Part shown: piece by piece, positions 42,521-58,114 of the stretch | How the letters are laid out: each line of letters opens with the position of its first letter | Numbering within the stretch: position 1 is the stretch's first letter | Source: the human T2T-CHM13v2.0 reference genome, Homo sapiens | NCBI RefSeq assembly: GCF_009914755.1 | Contig: NC_060931.1 | Strand: one strand, 5' to 3' | DNA: 64,000 nt | Notes under the pieces: generated by a model | What the model saw: the letters and a program-made list of their open reading frames with translations, nothing else | The model's database searches: none | Told to the model about the DNA's origin: nothing | Position numbers and translations under genes: made by a program

Positions 42521-42589
42521 AATCTCAAGCTATCCTCCCTCCTCGGTGCCCTCAGGAAAGAGTGTACCGTTCTTTATTCAACTATAATT

Positions 42590-44870
42590 CCCCCACCCAT
42601 CCTTTTTGAGGTATTAATTACATGTATGTTACACTGCTGCATATGGTCTCACATATCAATGAGTTTTTGGCTTTCTTATTTTAGTTTACCCATTTTCCTT
42701 TAGTTTGTAAAGCTTCTATTTTTTTCTACAAATTTTCTGATGTTAGGGTAAAATCCATTACTTATTCTATCTCATGGAATTTTTATTTCAAATATTTATT
42801 TTTCATCTATACATGTCACATTTTTCATTTTATAACTTCTATTTTTCTCCTATGTTCAATTTTCATTTAAGTAATTTGACATATATATGTATTTATCTAT
42901 ATGTATTTATAAAATATATTTACTTTAAGGACCTTGAAAATTCCTTCTTCTCTGTCATTTATAAATGACTTATTTTTATCCTGTTAATATTTATCTTAAG
43001 AATATATATCTTCCGGCTTCTTTGCAGGTCAGAGTTTTTTTTTTTTTTTTTGGATATTTTGATGTTATGCTATTGAATATCTAGATTTTATTGGCTACCT
43101 TTGAACAATGTTGTGGCAGGCAGTTCGGTAACTTCGGGAAGAGTAATTTTCTGTTGTTGTTTTAAATCTTCTCTTTAAACTTTGTTGAGTTAGTCTAGAG
43201 CCATCTGTAATTTGGAGCTAAATGAGCACTGTCACTAGGGCATGAACCTCCAGTGGTCTTTACTGAATATCCTGGAGGTACAGAGGGGATTCCCTTCTCT
43301 GGCTGGTCAGAGCTAACATGTCTTCCTGTCATGTGATGCCAGGGAAGTCTTCTTCTTCCAACTCCCTGGTAGAGTCCTTTGCTGAGCTCCTTAGAATTTC
43401 ATCCTATGTACATTTGGCTTAGGGACTTGGGAGAAACCTTATGCTGATTCTTATTTCCTTTCTCCGTAAACTTTCTCTTCTACTACACATTCCAGCTGCT
43501 TAACCTTTTTTTGATTTTTATCTGGTTCCTCAGTGCAATGACAATGTCTGCTGTCTCTGGGATTCCACTCTACTGCTGTCACGGAGAACCTGGGAATAAA
43601 GCAGGACTCATTCTGGTTCCTTCTCTTCTCTTGCAGAGCACAGTCCTGTGCTGCCTGATGTTCAGTACTTCAAAAAAATGTTTCATATATTTTGTCCAGT
43701 TTACTATTCTTTAACTCTAAAAGTGTAACTCCAGTCCCAGTTACAGCATCATGTTCTGTAACTCTACTCCTTGTTGCTTCATTCTGCCATTGTCTGGTAT
43801 GATCGCCCCTTTCCCTTCTGTAATCAGGCCAAGAGCATAATACTAGTCATAACTGCACAGCTTGCCTCCGTTGTGTTAAAAAATCACTGAGACTTAATTG
43901 TGTCCAACTTTTTAAATGTGAATATAAGTACAACTAAAGCTATATTTTGGTTAACATTTGCATTGCATGCTTTTCCATTATTTACTTTCAACATCTGTGA
44001 AATATAAATATAAATTATAAAAACTTTAAGAGAGTCCATTTAAAAAAGTCTGGTCTGAATACGTTTTCACTGGTTTATTACAATGTGCATTCTTGACTCC
44101 AGGGTCTAATATAATTGGTACATTTGTCTATTTGCAAAAAAAACTTGACAATATTTTAAAATTAATTTATCCGACTCACAACTTATATGCTTCTGCTGTT
44201 GTATGGAAGATACATTTTAAACTTTATGAGATAGCATTCTGTTATACAGTTGATATCCAATTAAATTTCTCTCCATGTTTATTTCTTTCATTAAAATAAA
44301 TCATTCTTCTAACTGCAAACTTTCATCAGGGATCATGTCTCTTCTACCTGAAGAATAATCTTTAGTATTTCCTTTCCTGTGGGTCTGCTTGGGAGAAATT
44401 CTTTATTGTATCTTTGCTTTTGATGGATATGTCCACCAAGTAGATAGTTCTAGGTCGGCACTTATTTTATTTCAGGACTTGAACGATATCAGTACCTCAC
44501 TTTTTGGCTTTCATCGTTTCATTTGAGAAGGTTGTTATCAGTCAACTCTTTCTCTTTGCAGTTAGCCCAATTTTTTTATCAAGTGCTCTTTATATTTTTC
44601 TTTTACTTTTCAGAAATTGTCCCATTATGTTTCTAGGTGTGTCCTCTGTATGTGGTTTCCTTTGCTTTGCAAAGTCTCCTGAACCTGTGGTTTAATATTA
44701 TTGGTCAATTTTGATAAAACCTCTAACATTGACACTTAAAATTCTGTTCAGACCAGCTGTTTTCTCCTTCTTAGATTTCAACGTGTTAGATTATTACTGT
44801 ATCCTTTATATGTTTTAAATGACCTTTCTCTACTTTTTTTTTAGTTGGTTAATCTGTATTAGTGTATACT
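42590..44870 (-). mobile_element. Old L1M fragments
   Basis: T-rich antisense L1M text (ctttagtatttcc...gggtctgct...aaattc; ttattggtcaattttgataaaa). Confidence 0.55.
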
Positions 44871-46590
<1,720 letters not shown>

Positions 46591-46886
46591 GGTTAGTGTT
46601 GACTTACATGAAAAGCAGATGCTTTAAACCCAGGCAACATGGATTTTCATGTGGTTCTTATTATTTTAGTCAATGCGTGTTGTTTTCTGGATTTCGTTCC
46701 TAAAAATATTAAACAAGCACCTGTTATGCCACCAAAACAAACAAACAAATAAGCAATCAGCATAAGATAATACAGTCACAGGCATAAAGGTGCAGAAATG
46801 TTTTAAAGAGAAAGCTGGTTACAGAAGATGCTTCCCTAATGTATAGGACTAAAATTATCTTGCTATCTTTAAACTCTTTTTTCCTC

Positions 46887-47292
46887 TGTATTAGTTTGTT
46901 CTCACATTGGTATAAAGAAATACCTGAAACCGGGTAATTTATAAAGACAAGAGGTTTAATTTGCTCATAATTCTGCAGGCTGAACATGAAGCATTGTGGC
47001 ATCTGCTTCTGGGGAGGCCTCAGGGAGCTTTTACTCATGGTAGAAGGAAAAGTGGGAACAGGTGTCTTACATGGCAGGAGCAGGACCAAGAGAGGGAGGG
47101 GGAGGTGCTACATACTTTTAAACAACCAGATCTTGTGAGAACTCACTGTACAGTAGCAAGGGTGGATGTTGCTAAACCATTCATGAGAACTCTGCCCGCA
47201 TGATCCAATCACCTCCCACCAGGCCCCACCTCCAGCGTTGGGGATTACATTTCAATATGAGATTTGGGTGAGGACACATCCAAACCATATCA
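46887..47292 (-). mobile_element. MSTA solo LTR
   Basis: tgtattagtttgttctcacattg ... ccaaaccatatca; TSD tcctc/tcccc. Confidence 0.9.
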
Positions 47293-47339
47293 TCCCCACT
47301 CCCACTTAATGACCTTAAAAATCAGGGCCCCAAACATGT

Positions 47340-49000
47340 ATTTTACCCAAGTGATATTGTATATAATGCTACTGGACTTAACAAAAACCCACTGCGCTCC
47401 CCGTACTTTTGAATCTTGATCCCCAAGAACAATTTTTTCCAACCCCTTTAGCTCTTTTTCTGGTATTCATCTCCATTTTTCACATAACATTTTTATGTTG
47501 CAATTTCTTGATTTTTTTTTAGCTTTCATTTTGATTGTCTGTCTACTACAGAATATGATGACTTAACTCCCCACAGTGCACACATTGCACATGGATGTGT
47601 GCATGAACACACATACACTTCCTTTCCTCCAATCTTTCCAGTAGGATTGTATCATAATTCTGATTTAATTAGTATTCAGTGCTTGTATTATCATGATTCT
47701 GCATTTGATGTTGCAGTTAATCTAGTGTACTAAAATACCATTTCTATTCTTAAACATTTGGTTTTTCCTGAAATTAATCATTTCTTGCTTTGTCATATGC
47801 TTAGATTTCTGTATAACTTATCAATTCATCCTCAAACTTTGACAGAACTATACGTATCCTTTCAGTATATCCAAACACTTCAAACAGCCCATCCATTCAG
47901 CTTCTTTTCTTCTTGGAGATTCTTCTGGAGGCTTCCATTTCCCTGCTCTAATCTGGGTGGGATGATCTTTGGACGTTTGATGGCTGTTAACTCTGCTTCT
48001 CTTCATCATCACTTTGAGAAATCCCCTTTCCTTCTCCTGTGCTGAATTCCCTGCTACTTGGATTCTGGGTCTTGTTCGTTCTTGTTTCCTTTCTTGGTTT
48101 GGAAAGTTTCCTTCCATCCCTGAGAAGCTTCATAAAAAAGGTATGCATGGAAGGTAAATGATTTTTTTGAGTTTTCTTCATATTTTAAATAGACTTTATT
48201 CTACCCACACACTTGATATATAGTTTAGCTTGCTTTCTTTTCATTTCAAATAAAACTCATTTTTTCTTATAATTTTGAAGGCGTTGTCCATTTTCTTCTG
48301 ACTTCACATTATTGCTGTGAAAATCCTGAAACCATTCTGAGCCTTAATCCTTCCCTGTAATCAGTTTTTACTCATGAGTGTTTTAAAATTTTGTGTTAAT
48401 GTTCCTTCACATAGGTTTTCTTCCTTCCCCTTCCTTTCCTTTTCTTTTTGCTGGCATTTTATAAGTATTTTCAATCCAAAAATTCTTATTCTTCAGCTCT
48501 GAGAAATATTCTTAAAATTTTCTTTGGTAATGGCTTCTCTTTATTTTCTCTTTTGGGGATTTCAAAATTGGAAAGTTAAGCCACTTGAATGAATTCTCCA
48601 ATTTTATGGTCATTTTCATTTGTTTTACTTTCTGAAATGTTTTCTCTACTTGCTCTTATACCTTATCTATTGAGATATTTCTATCTTTTCCTTTTTAATT
48701 TCTAGGAGCTCTTTCTTGCCCTCTGAATGTTTCTATTCTTTTAGCCTCCTATTCTTGTTGCATGGACACACTTCTTGTCTCTGAGGATATTAATAATCTT
48801 GAAGTTATCTACGTATGTCTTATTTCTATGTCCTCTAAGTTTATCTCTTCTGTTTGTTTCGGTTCCTGACTTTCACGGTAGAGGCTCCTCTCAAATGTCT
48901 GCTGTGATATTAAGAGTGAGGTGCTGACATGGTGTTTGTGAGACTTGGAAGTGAGGACAAATTCATTGGCCAGTGGGCTTTACTTTAGCTCGAGCAGGTG
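47340..49000 (-). mobile_element. Ancient L1ME-type fragments
   Basis: aattttgaaggcgttgtccattttcttctgacttc...attgctgtgaaaatcctg; boundaries uncertain. Confidence 0.5.
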
Positions 49001-49611
49001 GAATTGGTCATTTAGTTGGGAAACATCCATGTAAGTATCATTATGTCATTACCCTTGGACCAGATTCTCCAGAGAAGACTCTTCCAATTTTCTTTATGGG
49101 GTTTAGTGGGGGCAGGGGTGGATGGGGGGAGATAAGTTAGGCTACTGCAGTCTGGATGCTAAACAGGGAGAGGGGACCAGGGACTATCCATTCAGCATGC
49201 AGACTTTTATTCTATAGAAACTCGCTATGTCTTCAGCTGTGTTTGATGTCCCTGAGTTCATCATCTATAGAAAATGACTCTCTGATCTTCTGTGCAGAGG
49301 GACTGGAGTTGAGGGAAGGGACTTTAGAGATTTTCAACCAACTCCATTTTCAACCCCACCTTCTGCAGCCTCTGGTACCTCCACTCCAGGGCCTTCATCA
49401 TGTTAAGTGGAACACCAGCTTTGTTTCTGTTGGCCTCATCCCCAGCCCCACTCCTTGTGGGCTCTCACTGAGCTTTTTCTATTCTGGTAAGTCAGTTGCA
49501 ACTTGGTAATCATCTGCTTTTCAGCTTTCAAAATATTGATGACATTTCCCTCCTCTTTTCCCTGCTTTTTTTATAGTAGACAACTTAGTTGGGTATTTGG
49601 AGGAATTAGAG

Positions 49612-49991
49612 TGTCTTAGCTCAGGTTGCTAAATCAAAATACCATAAACTGAGTACCTTAAACAAGAGACATTTATTTATCACAGTTCTGGAGGCTGGAA
49701 AGTCTGAGATTAGGATGTTAGCCTGGTTGGGTTCTTGGTGAGGGCTGTCTTCCTGGCTTGCAGACGACGGCCTTCTCACTGTGTTCTCACATGGTGAATG
49801 GAGACAGAGAGAGACAGAGAGAGATCAGTCTGATCTTTCCTCTTCTAATAAGGACACTAATCCCATGTGGGAGTCTTACTCTCATGACTTCATCTAAACT
49901 TCATTACCTCCTAAAGGTAATACTATCACATCAGAGGGGTAGGGCTTCAACATGTGAATTTTAAGGGTATACAGACATTCAGTTTATAACA
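49612..49991 (-). mobile_element. MLT1A-like solo LTR
   Basis: tgtcttagctcagg ... cacagttctggaggctggaaagtctgagat ... cagtttataaca; TSD tagag/tggag. Confidence 0.85.
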
Positions 49992-52656
49992 TGGAGGTGA
50001 ATGAATGTGTTCTATTTTCCATGCTCAACAAGAGGCCAGGCCATGCAACAGTCCTTTTTTTGCTGCTGCTATTAGTGAGTCTCAGTAACAGGATGGAAGT
50101 AATTGAAAGGGTGCTGTATCAGGTGGCTCATCTCCATTTTCAGGTTTTTAAAATGGGAAAGACAGAGTAAGAGAAGGGAAGGGGAAGGGAGAGAAAGGGA
50201 AAGTTGAGCAGGATCAAGAAATAGGAGAGAGAAATGGATGAGGAGAGGAAAAGCGAGGCTATTATTGAATAGTAAAATGGAAGCCATTGTTGTCTTCATC
50301 TTCAGCCCATCCCCAACACTCCTTTCATTTTTTTTTTTTTTTTGAACTGACAAGAGAACTATAATGCTTCAATGAACTGGTCATCAGACCCCTAGCACCT
50401 GACCAAGGCTCCAATACTCTAACAAAAAATAAGTTTTTAAGATCCCCAGTCATGCTTTGACTTGTGAAGTCAGGATTTATAATTTTGAATTGGAAAAGTT
50501 TTCTGATGTACCCTCTAGTTCATCTCCTGTAGGCTTTTCAAAAAGCAATTTATTGTATTTTACATGATGTTCTATTCCCATATTAGAATTTACATAATTC
50601 ACAGTACTCATGGGAGGGAGCTATGTGGTATATTCATAGAAACACAAAATGTTGAAATTCAAAGGCATCTTGAGATCATCCTGTCAAGCACCCTTCTTTT
50701 TACAAATGAAGGAACTGATAGCCACAAATGTTACACATCTTGCCCAGGGTCATGCAGAGGGAACATGGGTGTGCTCCATTGCAGGGATGAGAAGAAGATA
50801 GCATGCCATGAGTGAACTTGAACGAGTGCTTCTGTTACTCTGTTTATATTCCAGGATCTTTTTTTTATTAAACAAGCTAAGCTGCTTTTCATTTGTAGAT
50901 ATTTACATGTTATATATGGTTAAGCTATAATGCATTTGCAAGGAGAATGAATTTTATCTAGAAGTCACTGCATGAACGGAAATTAGAAATTATATCACAG
51001 AAATTTATGAAGTAACAAATTGTTATCCTTTTGTCATTTGCAATTCTGATCGATTTTCATTTTTGTGCTTGGATGATGTTGGGATTGTTGGAAGCTTAAT
51101 GTTCTTTTCTAAGAACTCCCTTAGATAAACAATACCATTTAATGCAGAAAGTTATAAAACACCTGCTATATTTCCTATAACACTGAGAATGTAGATGTTT
51201 TTGGTTTCAGTAAAAGATTGTTTGACAGTGCATCTTTAAATTATGCAATATTGACCTGGCTTGCACATTTTCAGAATTTCTAATAATAGGAATAAATTTT
51301 TAAAAACCTATTCTCACAAGTTCTGATGTGTTTTAACATTAAAATAAAGCCTTGTAGATAGCTGTTTGATTAGTTGTGATTACATTTTATTGAGTCCAGC
51401 TGAAATCCTTCATTCTTAGGATTGATGTGTTGCTATTTCCTCTTCCAGTGGTCATTTTAATGGTTAATTTTTTTTCTGTATTCCTTCTGCAGTAACATGA
51501 GTTGTCTGCTTCTTATCGTGGAAAAGTGAGATTAAATCTCCTTTTGTACATAAAGCAGGGTGTTTATTACATCATATTTAATGACAACATTGTCAAAGGA
51601 AATATGCATCTCTGTGGACGGTAGTATCCATTAGAAATAGATTTTGCTGGTTTTTGGCTGGCTGAATCAAGCATAATCTCACTTCTGAAATGTTTTCTGA
51701 CTTGTTGATTCCGAGGCATATCAATGTATCATACAACTATTTTTTATGCTTCTCTGACCACGTAATTCCAAGGCCGCTGGCAAGAGCCAGTAAATCTTAC
51801 TTACAGTTGCCAAATTCCATTTTCTTGGTCTTTTGTCCCTAGGCTGCCCTATATGATAGCATTTCTCACATCAAATTGTAATATTTGTTTACGTATTGTG
51901 TTGTTTACTGTTATCTCCTGAAGATGAGGGACTGTGTCTTCTTATTCATTCATGTAACTCCAGATTCTAACAGAGAGCTCAGCATGTAGCAAGAGCTCAG
52001 TTAATGCTCCACGAGTGATGACAGGCAGACCCAGGTTTATGGGGAAAATAGCTTGCAATAGGCTCTTTTGAGAGGATGTCAGTCAATGAAATTTCTATCC
52101 AACTTGAACCAGACCAAAAAACATTTATCTAAACTGTGCAGCCTTGATGATGTAAAACTTTGAAGTTCACATTTTGAATATACCACCTTACCTGTTGATG
52201 TTGTATTTAATTATGTACATTGAGGTGACCTAATGACCAAGGAGACAATTATTGAGAGATAATAGTAAAGTACAGTAATTATTTGCTATTAGGATTAGGT
52301 TGACAAGGTTTGCATTTGACTCCTCAATAGCCATGTGATCTTGGGGACAGTTTTTTCCATGTAAAAAGAAATTTATAATGTTTACCCTACTAACCTGATA
52401 GTATTAGGATATTATGAGGCTGAAATTAGATATTAAAGCATTAGTGAAATAGTATTTTTCTGTTCAAATATATTATTATTTGCTATTTGTTCTAAAAGTA
52501 GATATTTCATTAAGGAAAAGGTAATAGAATCGTGTGTGTGTGTGCATGTGTGTGTGTGGTTGGAGGAGGTCCTTGCATCTCAAGCTACTAATTATCTTCT
52601 ATTTTGAATAAAATCTAGTCCAAAATGTATTTTGACAAGAGTCCTTCAAAGAATTA

Positions 52657-52867
52657 TGCTGGGCATGGTGGCTTCCACCTGTAATCCCAGCACTTTGGGA
52701 GGCAGAGGCAGTAGTATTGCCTGAGGCCAGGAGTTCGAGACCAGCTGGCCAAAATAGCAAGACCCCTATGTCCACAAAAAACAAAAACATTAGCCAGGCA
52801 TGGTGGCACACACCTGTAGTCCTAGCTACTTGGGAGGCCAGGATAGGATCGTCTCTGGAGCCCAAGA
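52657..52867 (+). mobile_element. AluJ, 3'-truncated
   Basis: Left arm and part of right arm, no poly(A). Confidence 0.85.
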
Positions 52868-54589
52868 AAATGTTAGATGGCTTGCTATCCAAAACATATC
52901 TATTCACTATCCTTTCTTTTTAGTACTATCTGAATCCAAAAAGTTAAAAACATAACTGCATTTTTAACCTTTTTATGTACTAAACACATGGATCAAATCC
53001 TCCTATAGGGAATGATCTTGCATTACCTAGGGAAACACTACATGTTACTTGCATTTCCTTGAAAGACTGAGTTTTTAAATGCTTTGGGTGCTGATGTTTG
53101 TTCTCTGAAGTTCATTTCCTAGTTTGGTTACTGCCATACATTGGTCATTGTACAACCCTTGCTCAGAAGGGTTATTTGGCTAAAATAATAATGACCTTTC
53201 TGCTATCAGTTTATTCTTTCTTAAATTGAGAATCTCAGCCATTGTATCTGTTGAAAATGCTGCTTTGAGCAAAGACCCCTCACTGTTTGAAAGCTAATAC
53301 ATAGCAGAATTCGGGTAATGCTGATAAGTAGAATCAGATATTACTTGGTGCTAGGTAGAAGAGTGCACATAGACTATAAGCTCTAATACCTGCTGTTGAT
53401 ATACTGTTGAGAATGTCCTATCTGCAGAAGGTATTTGGAAATGACTTTATGATATGTACACATATAACACAGATACCAGGATACTTTGCCTTTTTCTGAA
53501 TGATGGTGGTTTTAAAATGTGGATATGCTTATCTATTTATTAGATAATTTCACTGTATCAGGAAACAGTGGCTTCTCATTTATTCACGTATTTGTCACAC
53601 ATCCAATGAGTGTTCACAGCTATCAGGCTTCACTAGACTTAGAGATACACTGGGGTGTTTAATTGCTGCAGTTCTGTAATGAAATTATTAATTCTGTAAT
53701 GGGCTTAATTCAAAGTCTAATGCTGTTTTAAAGTCCAGAACAGGTAAGAAATTTAAACAGTGCTCACTTTGATTTCAATATTGTCTTTGTCATAATGGTT
53801 TTTCCAGGCAATGGGCTGGAAAATATGTCAGAGAGTCTGTTCATACTGGTCATTTGAGCATTTAGAGGGAGTTAGTTTTCTCTTTTGAAAACTTCCTGTC
53901 GTATTTTTTGCTGCGGAGTCTGGGAACCTAATTTGAAATGGCAAAAACAAATAGACAGAACAAAATAAAGGTCACAAATCACTCACCAAAAAATAATCTA
54001 AAGAAAATACAAATGCACACAACACATTAATGAAATTCATTTAAACCTAGTCAAGTGCTCCTTCTCCAATTGTTCCTCACCTTGCACTTGCTTTTTTGAC
54101 CCTACAGAGAATTCCTTTTCTGCCCAGTTCCATAGATACCTCTGGACTGGGTGTTCTCTCTCAGCTCTCCTCTTTCTACTCTTATTCTCTTTCATTCTCC
54201 CCCGACGCCATTTCTCTTCTCCCCTTTCCCCTTCCTGGTTCTCTTCTTTTATATTTCTTTCTTTGTTTCTCTGAATCTTTCCCAGTTCCTGTACCCATGT
54301 CTCCTTAGACATTTCTAATTCAAAGGAAGAGGTAAGAAGAGGCAACATATCAGACATTCATTTCTATTGTGGTGAGCATAAGTTTTTCTTCTAACTATAC
54401 AGCTTTCTGCAGCCGACTCTATATCCCCCTTGAGGAATCTCTAGTATGAGTTGTGATTCTGTGTATACTTGGGGAATGAAATTTGAGGTTTCTAGAAATA
54501 ATGCAGGTGAATATCACTTGATGAAAGACAATCACTGTTTCTGTGTGGGGGCTGTTGATTTTGATTTTAAACAATTTACAACTAGCAGG

Positions 54590-54800
54590 TGTTTTCTGAG
54601 GAAAACATAATGTGTTGAGTGTCTATTGAATCTCTTCACAAAGCCCATTTGGGCGACATCTTCTCAATCTTCAGATGAGGGACAGAGGTACAAAGAAGCC
54701 ACCTCACTTACCCAGTCTCACATAGCTAAGAAGAGAAGGGCCAGGATTTGGACCTAGGAAGTCTGACCCTAGAGATGAGATTCATATTCACCCCACTCCT
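54590..54800 (-). mobile_element. MIR
   Basis: acttacccagtctcacatagcta...gccaggatttggacctagg..gtctgac. Confidence 0.7.
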
Positions 54801-54969
54801 CTGTTCCTCTGAGCAGACCTCCAGATCAGTGGTGAGTTGTGGCTGAGTGAGAGCCCAGTGTGGACGCTGACCCTGTGAACCTACCTAGACCCGATCCACC
54901 TCCAGATCACAGCATCTCTCTGAGAGTACATCTGCAGACAGGCAGGAGAGGGGCTCTCTGTGCCAAGGT

Positions 54970-55823
54970 CCTTTTCTTTTCTTTTTAATTATGATTTTCT
55001 TTTTTTAAAAAGTATCTATTTTTATTTTAGATTGGGGGGGTACATGTGCATGTTTGTTACAAGGGTATACTTGTGTGATGCTGAGGATCGGGTTTCTGTT
55101 GATCCCATCACCCAGATGATGAACATAGTACCCAATAGGAAGTTTTCAGCCCTCGCCCCACTCCCTCCATCCTTGTGGAGTTTCCAGTGTCTATTGTTCC
55201 CATCTTTATGTCTGTGTGTAGCCAAGATTTAGCTCACACTTATAAGTAAGAACATGAAATATTTTGTTTTCTGTTTCTGCATTAATTTGCTTAGGATTGT
55301 GGCCTCTAGCTGCATCCACGTTGCTGCAAAGGGCAAGACTTCATTCTTTTTTATGGCTGTATAGCATTACACAGTGTATATCTACCACATTTTCTTTATC
55401 CAGTCCACTGCTGATGGGCACTTAGGTTGATTCCACGTCTTTGCTATTGTAATAGTGCTATGGGGAACATATAGGTGCATGTGTCTTTTTGGTAGAACAA
55501 TTTCTTTTCCTTTGGGTAGATATCAAGTAATGGGGTTGCTGGGTTGAATGGTAGTTCTGTTTTTGGTTCTTTGAGAAATCTTCATACTGCTTTCCACAGT
55601 GGCTGAACTAATTTACTTTCCCACCAACAGTGTATAAGTCTTCCTTTTTCTCTGTAGCCTCATCAACATGTTATTTTTTGACTTTTAATAATAGTCATTC
55701 TGACTGGTGTGTGATGATGTCTCATAGTGGTTTTGACTCGCATTTCTCTGTGACCAGTGATGTTGAGCATTTTTTTCATATGTTTGTTAGCCACCTGTAT
55801 GTCTTCTTTTGAGAAGTGTCTGC
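54970..55823 (-). mobile_element. L1PA15/16-like 3' end
   Basis: gggggtacatgtgcatgtttgttac...gatcccatcacccag...tagtacccaatagg; ORF2 remnant [17 protein letters not shown]. Confidence 0.88.
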
Positions 55824-57378
55824 TTCTGTTGCAGTCTCGTTTCACAGTGGATTGTCTTTATTTCCCTATGCATGGTAGTGCATGTCTCTTCTGTACCATT
55901 CCTTCATTGCATTGCTTTTCAGAGTCCCTTTAAGATTCCACATGGCATTTCATAGAGGAAAAAGTATAAAATGTTTGAAAGTGAGAAGGAGAAAATGAAC
56001 ACAAATATAAGTGCAGTTTTGCTCTTTTAATCCATGTTGGTAGAGATAACACTTTTTCTTTACAGTGATGTGCGAGATAAATCTTCTCTTTTGCAAAGTA
56101 CACTTTAAGCTGATAAACTTACAGTTTCATGTTGTGCACTTTCCTGCTAAGTCCCAGTTGTACACCACATGAGGAGGCGAAAATATTGCTACAGGAGGCG
56201 TGATTACACTCATTTAAACCATAGAACAAATTTTACTCAACTACCACTAAAGGACCAATTACTTTAGGTCAAATTGTTAGTTCACTTATGTCTTCAGAAA
56301 GATGGAAATATAAATTATGCTAAGGATATTTAGGGTAGAGAGTTTATGTGTTTCTATTGCCTTAAAAAAAACTGGTTATTTTGTTTTGCTCATTACTATT
56401 ATCTGAAGGCATGTTCATAAGAAATAAATAATGGTGGATGGGCTGTATCACATTTTTATTAGATCAAAAAATGTTTAATTCTAGGCAAATTTCTTATGGT
56501 CAAACTGTAAGTCTAATCATTTTTAACCAATAGTCTAGTCATTCTCTTTAACAATTGATAAAATGGTAATTTTGTTTGCTTATTTGTACACCAAAACCAA
56601 GGTCTGTCATGTAGCTCTAACAAATTATATAACCACAGACTTGAGTTGATTTATGTAGAATTTAATTTGATGGAAATTGTGAACCAACTTGAGATACTGA
56701 TAATACTGTAGTCATGTTGTTTTTTTAAAAAGCACACTTAGTATTCTATACACAGCTTTGTAAGTAATTTCATTCCAATAAGTTAATCCTCAATTTCCAT
56801 CACAGTTGGAACTTGGTGCTGTGACATTGTTTCTTGTTTTATTTTTCTCCTACTATATTATTAATAGAGATTTTTGTCTTATAAATGAGCAACAACTAAA
56901 AACACAATTCTTTATCCTTTTAGATTGTTTTAACAAAACTTCTTTATTGAAATACCAGAAAGAATGAAGGTCCTATTTCTCCTACTTGTGCTGGCTACAA
57001 TTCCAGTTTTCTACCATTTGTATAGATTGCCTTTCTTTGTGCAACAAGACGTCTTTGAAAGGAAGTTTTAACATTAAATAATAACATTCTATTAATTATT
57101 TGCCTTATAAGGCAAACAATAATCTACGGTTGTTTCAGAAAAATGATATCTTCATTTTTGTATACATTTCAATTATACATTATTAACACTAATGTATATA
57201 TGGTGAATTGACCTTCAAGATCCCATCAGTGCATGACCTGTTATTCCTATTTCTGGGAGTGCTATCGGCAGACAACCTTCAGCTCTGAACCCTGTGAGGG
57301 AATGCCCTGGCTACAGAGAGCTGCCTTGCCCAAGGTCACCTTCCCCTCTTCCAGAGTGGCCCAGATCTGATGATTCAT

Positions 57379-58114
<736 letters not shown>
